A stretch of 53,396 bases of DNA from the NCBI GenBank assembly GCA_045586345.1, contig JAZNAD010000047.1, positions 1 to 53,396 of the forward strand. Direction: 5' to 3'. Below, in pieces: positions 18,401 to 25,424 of this stretch. Under the pieces are notes generated by a model. It was given only the letters and a program-made list of their open reading frames with translations. It made no database searches and had not been told where the DNA came from. The position numbers and the translations under genes were made by a program. Position 1 is the stretch's first letter, and the number at the start of each line of letters is the position of its first letter. The DNA is from Eubacteriales bacterium (GTDB lineage: Bacteria; Bacillota; Clostridia; Oscillospirales; CAG-272).

Positions 18401-19160
18401 CACCGTCGTCTCCCGAGCCGGTCAGATAGACGCGCGTGCCCACCGTCTCGATAGTCCACTTGCCCTCCCCGACCTCGGGCGACTTGCGCTCCCCGGAATA
18501 GAAGTCGCCGACAAGGATCTCATAGCCGTTCGTCACCTCGGCGCGCTGGCCGACGATTTTGAGGTAGGCTCCCGTCTTTTCGGCGATCTTATCGCGCAGG
18601 ATGGTGGCGATCGCCTCGCTCTTGCTGTCACGCACAATGCTGTAGTCGTAGATATCGACGCCGTTGATCGAGGCCTTGCGGTAGGGGTATTCCTCAAGCG
18701 AGAGCATCCGCCGGCGGGGGCGCATCACGCCCTCCTCGGTGATGTACTCCTCGGTGAAGTACTCAATGCCGCGGATCAGCGCCCCGTCCGAGCCGCCGCG
18801 GATGACGAGGCGGTCATTCTCGTACCAGATGCCGAAGTCGTTGATGCCGAGGTTATAGCTTTTGCTCTCCTCGCGGTTGGTGTTGCCGATGAGGATCTCA
18901 AGGGTGTCGGTCGGGACAGGGTCACCCGTTTTCACAAAGTCCTCTCCGTAATCGAGCTTCGCGCCCGACACGTCCTCGATCTTCTCCATCATCGCGCGGA
19001 TGGCGCGGAAGGGCTCGAGGCCGATATTTGTCGCATAGACGATCTCGTAGTTTTCAATTCCCTTGAATTCGACGGCCTTGGCCCTCCCACACGAGCCGAG
19101 GGTCATTGGCAGGAGGAGGCAAATGAGCAGAACCAGGGGCAAAAGACGGCGCATTTTCAT
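15441..19160 (-). CDS. lipoprotein, parallel beta-helix repeat protein with duplicated N-terminal alpha/beta module
   Basis: Start trimmed to MKMRRLLPLVLLICLLLPMTLGSCG (lipobox LGSC), with GGAG 8 nt upstream. The C-terminal ~900 aa are collinear with 12127..15141. Confidence 0.82.
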   Translation of the reverse strand: MKMRRLLPLVLLICLLLPMTLGSCGRAKAVEFKGIENYEIVYATNIGLEPFRAIRAMMEKIEDVSGAKLDYGEDFVKTGDPVPTDTLEILIGNTNREESKSYNLGINDFGIWYENDRLVIRGGSDGALIRGIEYFTEEYITEEGVMRPRRRMLSLEEYPYRKASINGVDIYDYSIVRDSKSEAIATILRDKIAEKTGAYLKIVGQRAEVTNGYEILVGDFYSGERKSPEVGEGKWTIETVGTRVYLTGSGDDGAYDAVLAFCEEMEGSGRRLRLDYETPKTGDVGLIPLFSLNLPSTLPSLENDVGLTMTASTVMQRFLATKAELPDEVSTVERVSLDNYPASRSRQLFVSPRGNDGAAGTKEEPLATLSEAIARMEDRAGGVIYMMGGTYYTDKAIELKREHSGMRLSPLFIKAWEDEEVILSANRDISTDEALWSALSPTANADVYDRIPEEARDRVIYTTLAAQGMSASDFAEIKAGSSGGPPRLYVDGEPYTLARFPNSNEPLDLLYFTQVYDTGTVTSRDGSNLYWDWIKRANRWGYGEKANVGWEIRIPDGPLGEEILSWVNTGDIWYHGSVFEGWEFGYYNLALTDADEIPGGGQDWSHPSPDDPSVPLLGKLKEDGGYALKSMTYNIYGAKMSGNSPAGRNTFYLFNAVEALDAPGEWFLDRDKGILYLYPTEGFHEADMEVRGAKPFHLLSLTAIQNVVIDGITVDGATNNGINIMNSRRIVLQDVTVRNVSGTCLTLGGEVTDTAVIYSDFSAASNVMINLSLSAAMRKMAPTNVIVQNCIFHDALPTLHTAVSVGGCRTVLSHNYFHNTTVSTGSATECIVEYNRFEGGSADVVDGGMVYMGGLTSRGNHIRYNLFHMFRATHNAVYNDTMCSGNYTYGNVISTLGSKSNRNKGWYSSSGVGNVCYGNIMVLRNPMQVATAGSSAGDEGDVVYTGANDLVNQSALFYYYFGDNYSAGGSASHYSFVDMKGAPIKNDAGTQIVAGQSLAGHWWVGNKTKEVELYLETALTDEWAKRDPAYINHLYGTKLILDAYADTSVPQSERYHPRYFYAPWTLSGKAYTATVPAFTEILIPEYQYRNELGTVVTAPLEVRAADSEGHITLTYEEIAAMERFRRQPSVSVIQDNVILGGRATMENGKYTTESDPWRIVTNDAVNYLGYIDTTRVASNYFHYVYGDVMEDADAHEYGIKESVLPAIDDALTDDGYALVSRISCWRSGVTYSYDYSLWQ

Positions 19161-19212
19161 ATATAGTCTCCTTTGAAAGATTTCTTTGGGAATTCCTGAC
19201 TTCCTTTCTCCC

Positions 19213-19241
19213 ATTATACCACAAGTCGCGCGCGGGCGCAA
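19213..19241 (-). promoter_or_regulatory. sigma-A type promoter for 15441..19160
   Basis: Minus strand: TTGCGC, 17 nt, TGgTATAAT (extended -10). Confidence 0.5.
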
Positions 19242-19419
19242 GGGGAAAAATGACGGTGAGGGAGGGGGAACCCTCTCGGTCGCCCACGGTGCCACCTCCG
19301 CGACGCTTCGCCCTGCGCAACTCAACTAACCGAAAATCTGCCCTGTCGGTTGATTTTCGGAGTTTCGCATGCCCGCGGAGGGAGGCGACCACAGAACGCA
19401 AGAAAATGGCAGAGGGGGC

Positions 19420-19448
19420 TTGCTTTTTTTGCTCGTGTGATATATAAT
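19420..19448 (+). promoter_or_regulatory. sigma-A type promoter of ileS
   Basis: TTGCTT, 17 nt, TATAAT, about 50 nt upstream of the ileS ATG. Confidence 0.5.
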
Positions 19449-19499
19449 GAATAATTATGAAAGTAAAAGCGCCCTACGGGCGTTTTAAGGAGGTCTTCC

Positions 19500-22400
19500 A
19501 TGTACAACAAGGTACCGACGAACGTGAACTTCGTTGACCGCGAGCGTGAGGTGCTTGCCTTCTGGAAGGAAAACGGCATCTTCCAAAAGAGCATCGAGGG
19601 CAGAAAAGAGGGGGAAAACTATACCTTCTACGACGGCCCTCCGACCGCGAACGGCAAGCCGCACATCGGCCACGTGCTGACGCGCGTCATCAAGGATATG
19701 ATCCCGCGCTACCGCGCGATGAAGGGTGCTCACATCCTGCGTAAGGCGGGCTGGGATACCCACGGTCTCCCCGTCGAGCTTGAGGTCGAGAAGAAGCTCG
19801 GCCTTGACGGTAAGGAGCAGATCGAGCAATACGGCATCGCCCCCTTCATCGACGAATGCAAGGAGAGCGTGTGGAAGTACAAGGGCATGTGGGAGGAATT
19901 CTCGGGCATTGTCGGCTTCTGGGCCGATATGGACGATCCTTACGTCACCTATCACGACGACTACATCGAGTCGGAGTGGTGGGCGCTCAAGCAGATCTTC
20001 GACCGTGGCCTGCTCTACAAGGGCTTCAAGTGCGTGCCCTACTGCCCGCGCTGTGGCACGCCGCTGTCGTCACACGAGGTGGCGCAGGGCTATAAGACGG
20101 TCAAGGAGCGCTCGGCGGTCGTGCGATTCCGCGCCTGCGATGAGGATGCCTACTTCCTCGCCTGGACGACGACGCCCTGGACGCTCCCCTCGAACACCGC
20201 GCTCTGTGTGAGCCCGACCGATACCTACTGCCGCGTCAAGGCCGCGGACGGGTACGTCTATTATATGGCCAAGCCCCTGCTTGACACCGTGCTCGGCCCG
20301 CTTTCGAAGGAAGGCGCCCCCGCCTACGAGATCCTTGAGGAGATGGTGGGCGAAGCGCTCGTCGGCAAGAGCTACGAGCCCCTTTACGCCTGTGCCGACG
20401 ATATCGCCAAGGCGCAGGGCAAGCGCGCGCACTACGTGCTGTCGGACAGCTATGTTTCGATGTCGGACGGTACCGGTATCGTCCATATCGCCCCCGCCTT
20501 CGGTGATGACGACTCGCGCGTTGGCCGCCGCTACGGTCTGCCCTTCATCCAGATGGTGGATGCGAAGGGTAACATGAAGGAGGCATCGCCCGCCGCCGGC
20601 AAATTCGTCAAGGACGCCGACCCCGTGATCCTTACCGATCTCGATGCGCGCGGCCTTCTCTTCTCGGCGCCGAGGTTCGAGCATGAGTATCCCTTCTGCT
20701 GGCGCTGCAGCACCCCCCTCATCTACTACGCGCAGGACACCTGGTTCATCAAGATGAGCGACGTGCGTGACGACCTCATCCGCAACAATAAGACGGTCAA
20801 CTGGATCCCCGAGACCATTGGCGAGGGGCGCTTTGGCGACTGGCTGAAGAACGTGCAGGACTGGGGCCTTTCGCGCAACCGCTATTGGGGCACCCCCCTC
20901 AACATCTGGACCTGTGAGTGCGGCCACCTCACGTCGGTCGGCTCGCGCGAGGAGCTCCGCTCGCTCTCGAGGAACTGCCCCCCGGACGTTGAGCTCCACC
21001 GCCCCTTCATTGACGAGGTGGTGATCGACTGCCCGAGGTGCGGCAAGGAGATGCACCGCACCCCCGAGGTCATTGACTGCTGGTTTGACTCGGGCGCCAT
21101 GCCCTTTGCCCAGTGGCATTACCCCTTCGAGAACAAGGAGATCTTCGAGCAGAACTTCCCTGCCGACTTCATCAGCGAGGCCATCGACCAGACCCGTGGC
21201 TGGTTCTATTCCCTGATGGCGATCTCGACCCTCATCTTCAATAAGGCGCCCTACAAGAACGTCATCGTGCTCGGCCACGTCCTCGATAAGGACGGGCAGA
21301 AGATGTCGAAGTCGAAGGGCAACGCCGCCGACCCGATGGAGGAGCTCTCCAAGTACGGTGCCGACGCCATCCGCTGGTACTTCTACTCGAACAGCGCCCC
21401 CTGGCTCCCGAACAAGTACCACGAGGGGGCCGTGCTCGAGGGCCGCAACAAGATGATGGGCACGCTCTGGAACACCTACGCCTTCTACGTCCTCTACGCG
21501 AACATTGATAACTTCGACGCGACGAAGTACAACCTTTCGGACTGCGCCCTCACCGCGATGGACCGCTGGATCCTCTCGCGCCTGTATTCGACGGTCGGCG
21601 AGGTCGACCGCCGCCTTGGCAATTACGAGATCCCCGAGACGGCGCGCGCCCTCCAGGAGTTTGTGAACGACCTCTCGAACTGGTACGTCCGCCGCTCGCG
21701 CGAGCGCTTCTGGGCGAAGGGCATGGAGGCCGACAAGGTCGCCGCCTACATGACGCTCTATACCGCGCTCGTCACCCTCGCGAAGATCGCCGCCCCGATG
21801 CTGCCCTTCCTCGCCGAGGACATTTACAGGAACCTCGTCGCCACGCAGGACGCCTCGGCTCCCGAGAGCGTGCACCTCTGCGACTTCCCCGAGGTTTTGA
21901 CAAGTTTTGTTGACGAGAAGCTCGAAAAGGAGATGGATGCTGTTCTTTCCATCGTAACGCTCGGGCGCGCGGCACGCGCTTCGGCGGCGGTGAAGAACCG
22001 CCAGCCGCTGGCGACGATGTACGTCCAGGGCAAGGAGGCGCTCGGTGAGCAGTACCTTGAGATCATCCGTGATGAACTGAATGTCAAGGAGGTCGCCTTC
22101 ACCGATTCGGTGCGCGATTTCACGACCTACACCTTCCGTCCGCAACTCCGCACGGTCGGCCCGAAGTACGGCAAGCATCTCGGCTTCATCAAGACGGCGC
22201 TTGCGGGTCTTGACGGGAACGATGCCTACGACACGCTGAAGGCCGAGGGCGCGCTCACCTTCGAGAACGCGGGGGAGGCCATCCGCCTTGCCGAGGAGGA
22301 TCTGCTCATCGACATGGTCAAGGCCGAGGGCTTCGAGTCGGTGACTGAGCGCGGCGTGACCGTCGTGCTTGACGTGCGTCTTACCGACTCCTTGATCGAG

Positions 22401-22646
22401 GAGGGCCTTGTGCGCGAGCTCATCAGTAAGATCCAGACGATGCGTAAGGAGAGCGACTTCCAGGTGACCGACCATATCGTGCTCGGTGTCACGGGGAGCG
22501 AGGCAATCCTTGCCATTCTCAAGAAAAACGCCGCCGAGATCGGCGGTGCGACCCTGACCGATGAATTCCTCCCTGCCGCCGAGGAGGGCGGTCGTGAGTG
22601 GAAGATCGGCGATGAGAGCGTGACCCTTTCGGTCCGCCGTATTTGA
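19500..22646 (+). CDS. ileS: isoleucine--tRNA ligase (type 2, long form)
   Basis: 1048-aa ORF with PPTANGKPHIGH (HIGH) and KMSKS motifs. RBS is AAGGAGG. Confidence 0.95.
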   Translation: MYNKVPTNVNFVDREREVLAFWKENGIFQKSIEGRKEGENYTFYDGPPTANGKPHIGHVLTRVIKDMIPRYRAMKGAHILRKAGWDTHGLPVELEVEKKLGLDGKEQIEQYGIAPFIDECKESVWKYKGMWEEFSGIVGFWADMDDPYVTYHDDYIESEWWALKQIFDRGLLYKGFKCVPYCPRCGTPLSSHEVAQGYKTVKERSAVVRFRACDEDAYFLAWTTTPWTLPSNTALCVSPTDTYCRVKAADGYVYYMAKPLLDTVLGPLSKEGAPAYEILEEMVGEALVGKSYEPLYACADDIAKAQGKRAHYVLSDSYVSMSDGTGIVHIAPAFGDDDSRVGRRYGLPFIQMVDAKGNMKEASPAAGKFVKDADPVILTDLDARGLLFSAPRFEHEYPFCWRCSTPLIYYAQDTWFIKMSDVRDDLIRNNKTVNWIPETIGEGRFGDWLKNVQDWGLSRNRYWGTPLNIWTCECGHLTSVGSREELRSLSRNCPPDVELHRPFIDEVVIDCPRCGKEMHRTPEVIDCWFDSGAMPFAQWHYPFENKEIFEQNFPADFISEAIDQTRGWFYSLMAISTLIFNKAPYKNVIVLGHVLDKDGQKMSKSKGNAADPMEELSKYGADAIRWYFYSNSAPWLPNKYHEGAVLEGRNKMMGTLWNTYAFYVLYANIDNFDATKYNLSDCALTAMDRWILSRLYSTVGEVDRRLGNYEIPETARALQEFVNDLSNWYVRRSRERFWAKGMEADKVAAYMTLYTALVTLAKIAAPMLPFLAEDIYRNLVATQDASAPESVHLCDFPEVLTSFVDEKLEKEMDAVLSIVTLGRAARASAAVKNRQPLATMYVQGKEALGEQYLEIIRDELNVKEVAFTDSVRDFTTYTFRPQLRTVGPKYGKHLGFIKTALAGLDGNDAYDTLKAEGALTFENAGEAIRLAEEDLLIDMVKAEGFESVTERGVTVVLDVRLTDSLIEEGLVRELISKIQTMRKESDFQVTDHIVLGVTGSEAILAILKKNAAEIGGATLTDEFLPAAEEGGREWKIGDESVTLSVRRI

Positions 22647-22660
22647 AAGAGGTAATGAAG

Positions 22661-23404
22661 ATGAACGAAAAGATCCTTGCTAAGGTCGGCGGTCTTGCCG
22701 TGACCGAGGCCGACCTTGCCGTCATGCTGCAGGCCCTTGGCCCGCGCGGCGCACAGTACCAGAGCCCCGAGGGGCAGCGTGCCCTCGTCGAGGAGCTTGT
22801 CAACCAGAAGCTCTTCCTGCTCGACGCCCAGAAGAACCTCCTCGAGGCCGAGGCCGAGTTCCAGGCTCAGTTGAAGCGCGCTAAGGAGTCGCTCCTGACC
22901 GAGTACGCCATCCGCAAGGCCATCGCGAAGGCCGATGTCAAGGAGGAGGAGATCCGCGCCTTCTATGACGAAAATCAGAATAAGTTCACGCAGGGCGAGA
23001 CGGTGAACGCCTCGCACATCCTCGTCGAGGACGAGGAGACCGCCGCGAAGGTCGCCGCCGAGATCGCCGCCGGCAAGACCTTTGAGGAGGCCGCGAAGAA
23101 GTATTCCTCCTGCCCCTCGAAGGAGGCGGGCGGTAACCTTGGCGAGTTCGGCCGCGGCCAGATGGTCCCCGAGTTTGAGGAGGCCGCCTTCGCGCTTGAG
23201 ATCGGCGTCGTCTCCGAGCCCGTCAAGACCCAATTCGGCTATCACATCATCCGCGTGAACGCCAAGAACGAGGCGAAACCGGTTTCCTTCAACGAAGCCA
23301 GAGAGTCGATCTGGCAGAAGCTCGTCGCCGACAAGCGCGAGGCCGCCTACCGCAGCCGCGTCAATCAGCTCAAGATCATGTTCCCCGTGGATATGATGCT
23401 GTGA
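22661..23404 (+). CDS. parvulin-type peptidyl-prolyl isomerase (PrsA/SurA-like, no lipobox)
   Basis: Start chosen at MNEKILAKV, 8 nt after AAAGAGG. The PpiC domain reads NASHILV...GGNLGEFGRGQMVPEFEEAAF...QFGYHIIRV. Confidence 0.85.
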   Translation: MNEKILAKVGGLAVTEADLAVMLQALGPRGAQYQSPEGQRALVEELVNQKLFLLDAQKNLLEAEAEFQAQLKRAKESLLTEYAIRKAIAKADVKEEEIRAFYDENQNKFTQGETVNASHILVEDEETAAKVAAEIAAGKTFEEAAKKYSSCPSKEAGGNLGEFGRGQMVPEFEEAAFALEIGVVSEPVKTQFGYHIIRVNAKNEAKPVSFNEARESIWQKLVADKREAAYRSRVNQLKIMFPVDMML

Positions 23405-23601
23405 GGTAAGCAATAAAAAAACGCCGCTATCGGGGAATATTCTTATCGGAGAATTAAAAAAATACCACTAAGTGCGAGCATCGCATTTGACCGGTCAAAT
23501 GCATTATGGGTTAAGCCCAAAACCTTATACAAACAGAAAGAGCAAACACGCCAAGACGAAAAATCTTGTATGTCTGCTCTTTTTCTGTTGGTCTTAGTTT
23601 A

Positions 23602-23783
23602 GAGTTATGAGGCTCTCTGTGCTCGCCGTTATGAATTTGCTACGCAAATATTATGATATGGTTGCCCTCGCAGCTTAAAACTTGGCGAAGCCAATCATAA
23701 CTATGCAAGGCATATCATCACTCATAACTTGCCCGTAAGGGCAATCATAGTTTAGCGTGATTTGTCCGTTAAGGGCATCACTC
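23602..23783 (+). repeat. array of inverted 7-9-mers (GTTATGA / TCATAAC family) interleaved with short hairpins
   Basis: AGTTATGAG (23603-23611) pairs with CTCATAACT (23721-23729), GTTATGA (23628) with TCATAAC (23695), and ATGATATG (23653) with CATATCAT (23711). Hairpins lie at 23635-49, 23682-94, 23702-14, 23729-44 and 23763-77. Confidence 0.6.
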
Positions 23784-23982
23784 TATGCGGCGGTTTTTTG
23801 TAGAGAAGCCAAGGAGAGGTCACTCGTTTATTATTGGCAAGGCAGGTGCAAAATTACTATTTGCCGTGCATCGCAAAGAATGACAAAATATTTGCAACAT
23901 GCGCTAATATAATAGATCCATGTGGTTGACTTTTTTATCCTTAGGATCTCTTAATGCGACCGATACATCCATGATGCGCACA

Positions 23983-24029
23983 TTCCAAATAAAAAAATCT
24001 ATTTGGAATTTAAAAAGTTTTATTTGGAA
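23983..24029 (+). promoter_or_regulatory. operator-like repeats TTCCAAATA-N8-TATTTGGAA-N12-TATTTGGAA
   Basis: An inverted repeat plus a third direct half-site ends 5 nt upstream of the -35 of the island gene. Confidence 0.5.
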
Positions 24030-24034
24030 AAATG

Positions 24035-24063
24035 TTGACATATTTTAAAAGCTATGATAACAT
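24035..24063 (+). promoter_or_regulatory. sigma-A type promoter of the island gene
   Basis: TTGACA, 17 nt, TAACAT (preceded by TGa). RBS GAGGAG follows, then the ATG at 24098. Confidence 0.5.
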
Positions 24064-24097
24064 ATTTTTGTGATCATATTCTGTCGAGGAGAAACTA

Positions 24098-25135
24098 ATG
24101 AAGGTTATAAATCAAGAAAAAGTAAAGAACTATCTGTTGCGTTTGATAAAAAGCGGAAGAAAGGATTATGTTAAAGCGACGATCGAAGCCTTCAATATTA
24201 GCAAATCCAGTGTTTATAATTACGTTAAGCAAATGGAAACGGATGGCTTGATCGAAAAAAAAGAAAATACGTATACTCTTCGAACTAACAATTATCATTA
24301 TTTTTTCAAAAACGATGGAACATTAGGCGAGGATCGCGTATACAGTCAATTTATTTCGCAGCATATCCAATTCAAGAAAAATGTGAATTCTATATGGAAT
24401 TACGCATTTACCGAAATGATGAATAATGCCATTGAGCATTCGGAAGCAGAAAATATTTCCGTTAGCATTTATCAAAACTGCCTTGATACTGAAATACTGA
24501 TTATAGACGACGGTATTGGAATTTTCAAAAACATCCAAAGATTTATGAAAACCAGCAAAAACGAAATGATCTCTCTTCGAGAATGTGTATCGCTTTTATT
24601 TGCAGGGAAGTTCACAACTGCCAGGCAATATCATACAGGCGAAGGCATTTTCTTTACCTCTCATGTTATGGATGAATTTATTATTTACTCCGACGATAAC
24701 TTTTTCACCAGAAACAATTTTACATCTGCACAAATAGAAGATACTAATCTGCATAGCCTCATGCAAATGGAAAAAGGTACTATCGTAAGAATGACGATCA
24801 GTAACAGTACCAAAAAAGTTTTGTCTGAAGTTTTTAATACCTTTGCTCCGGTAGATGAAGGATTCATAAAAACAACTATCCCGGTGGCGCATATGTTTGC
24901 GGGCGGAAATCCCGTATCACGCTCGGAAGCAAGAAGGTTGCTGGAGTGTATAGCTCTCTTTAATGATATTGATTTGGATTTTTCGGGTGTGGAGGAAATA
25001 GGGCAGGGCTTTGCTCACGAGCTTTTTGTTCTCGGAAAACAAAAATATCCACATATAAATCTAAGAACGATCAAGACCTGCAAAACAGTTGAAAATATGA
25101 TAAAGCGTGTCATTAATACCTCGGCGCTTCAATAA
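24098..25135 (+). CDS. wHTH / GHKL (RsbW/SpoIIAB-like HATPase) / STAS-like (DUF4325-like) fusion protein
   Basis: 345 aa. The N-terminus has a wHTH (ISKSSVYNYVKQMETDGLIEK). GHKL motifs are the N-box EMMNNAIEHS, G1 IIDDGIGIF and G2 TGEGIFF. The C-terminus is STAS-like (SRSEARRLLECIALFNDIDLDFSGVEEIGQGFAHELF). Confidence 0.7.
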   Translation: MKVINQEKVKNYLLRLIKSGRKDYVKATIEAFNISKSSVYNYVKQMETDGLIEKKENTYTLRTNNYHYFFKNDGTLGEDRVYSQFISQHIQFKKNVNSIWNYAFTEMMNNAIEHSEAENISVSIYQNCLDTEILIIDDGIGIFKNIQRFMKTSKNEMISLRECVSLLFAGKFTTARQYHTGEGIFFTSHVMDEFIIYSDDNFFTRNNFTSAQIEDTNLHSLMQMEKGTIVRMTISNSTKKVLSEVFNTFAPVDEGFIKTTIPVAHMFAGGNPVSRSEARRLLECIALFNDIDLDFSGVEEIGQGFAHELFVLGKQKYPHINLRTIKTCKTVENMIKRVINTSALQ

Positions 25136-25224
25136 CGGCTCAACCTTCGCCAAGCAAGCTCCGCTCAAAATGGCACGGGTGGGGACTGTTGCCCGTCTTC
25201 CCCGACAAGAGAAGGGGAAGACGC

Positions 25225-25252
25225 AAAAAGGAGCACGGATGTGCTCCTTTTT
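25225..25252. terminator. hairpin AAAAAGGAGCAC-ggat-GTGCTCCTTTTT
   Basis: This is the third copy of the GGAGCAC/GTGCTCC stem in the window. It lies between convergent genes. Confidence 0.65.
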
Positions 25253-25424
25253 CTGTTATACCGCCGAAATCCCAAAAGGCACGGTGTGCCTTTGGCTCCT
25301 TCGCTCCACGCGGAGCTCAACTGCGCTCAGGATGACGCGGCGGCGGCGTAATTTTCCCCGTGCGGTTCCTCATGGCGGTAAAACTGAAGCTATTACGAGG
25401 ACGGACCGTCCGGGAGGGCTATTC

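Larger units (their letters stand above)
23405..25135. other. compositionally foreign low-GC island (about one third G+C by eye against ~60 percent in the flanks)
   Basis: The AT-rich shift starts abruptly just after the PPIase stop and ends at the stop of 24098..25135. The island gene uses A/T-ending codons, unlike all its neighbours. Confidence 0.75.

Noticed and set aside
19161-19499. T-box leader upstream of ileS
   Set aside because: The segment GGTGCCACCTCCGCG near 19280 superficially resembles the T-box sequence. However, it lies upstream of the proposed ileS promoter. It has no stem I, specifier or antiterminator architecture, and the region also carries the divergent promoter of the lipoprotein gene.
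20070-22475. 801-aa minus-strand ORF inside ileS
   Set aside because: It is antisense to ileS and is a low-complexity high-GC artefact.
23608-23679. 23-codon ORF MRLSVLAVMNLLRKYYDMVALAA in the island leader
   Set aside because: It has no Shine-Dalgarno and overlaps the repeat/hairpin array. It cannot be distinguished from chance.
25136-25424. Possible small gene between the island gene and spoVAE (part of track ORF 25107..25811)
   Set aside because: That ORF is antisense to spoVAE for most of its length, and the gap itself is occupied by stacked hairpins.
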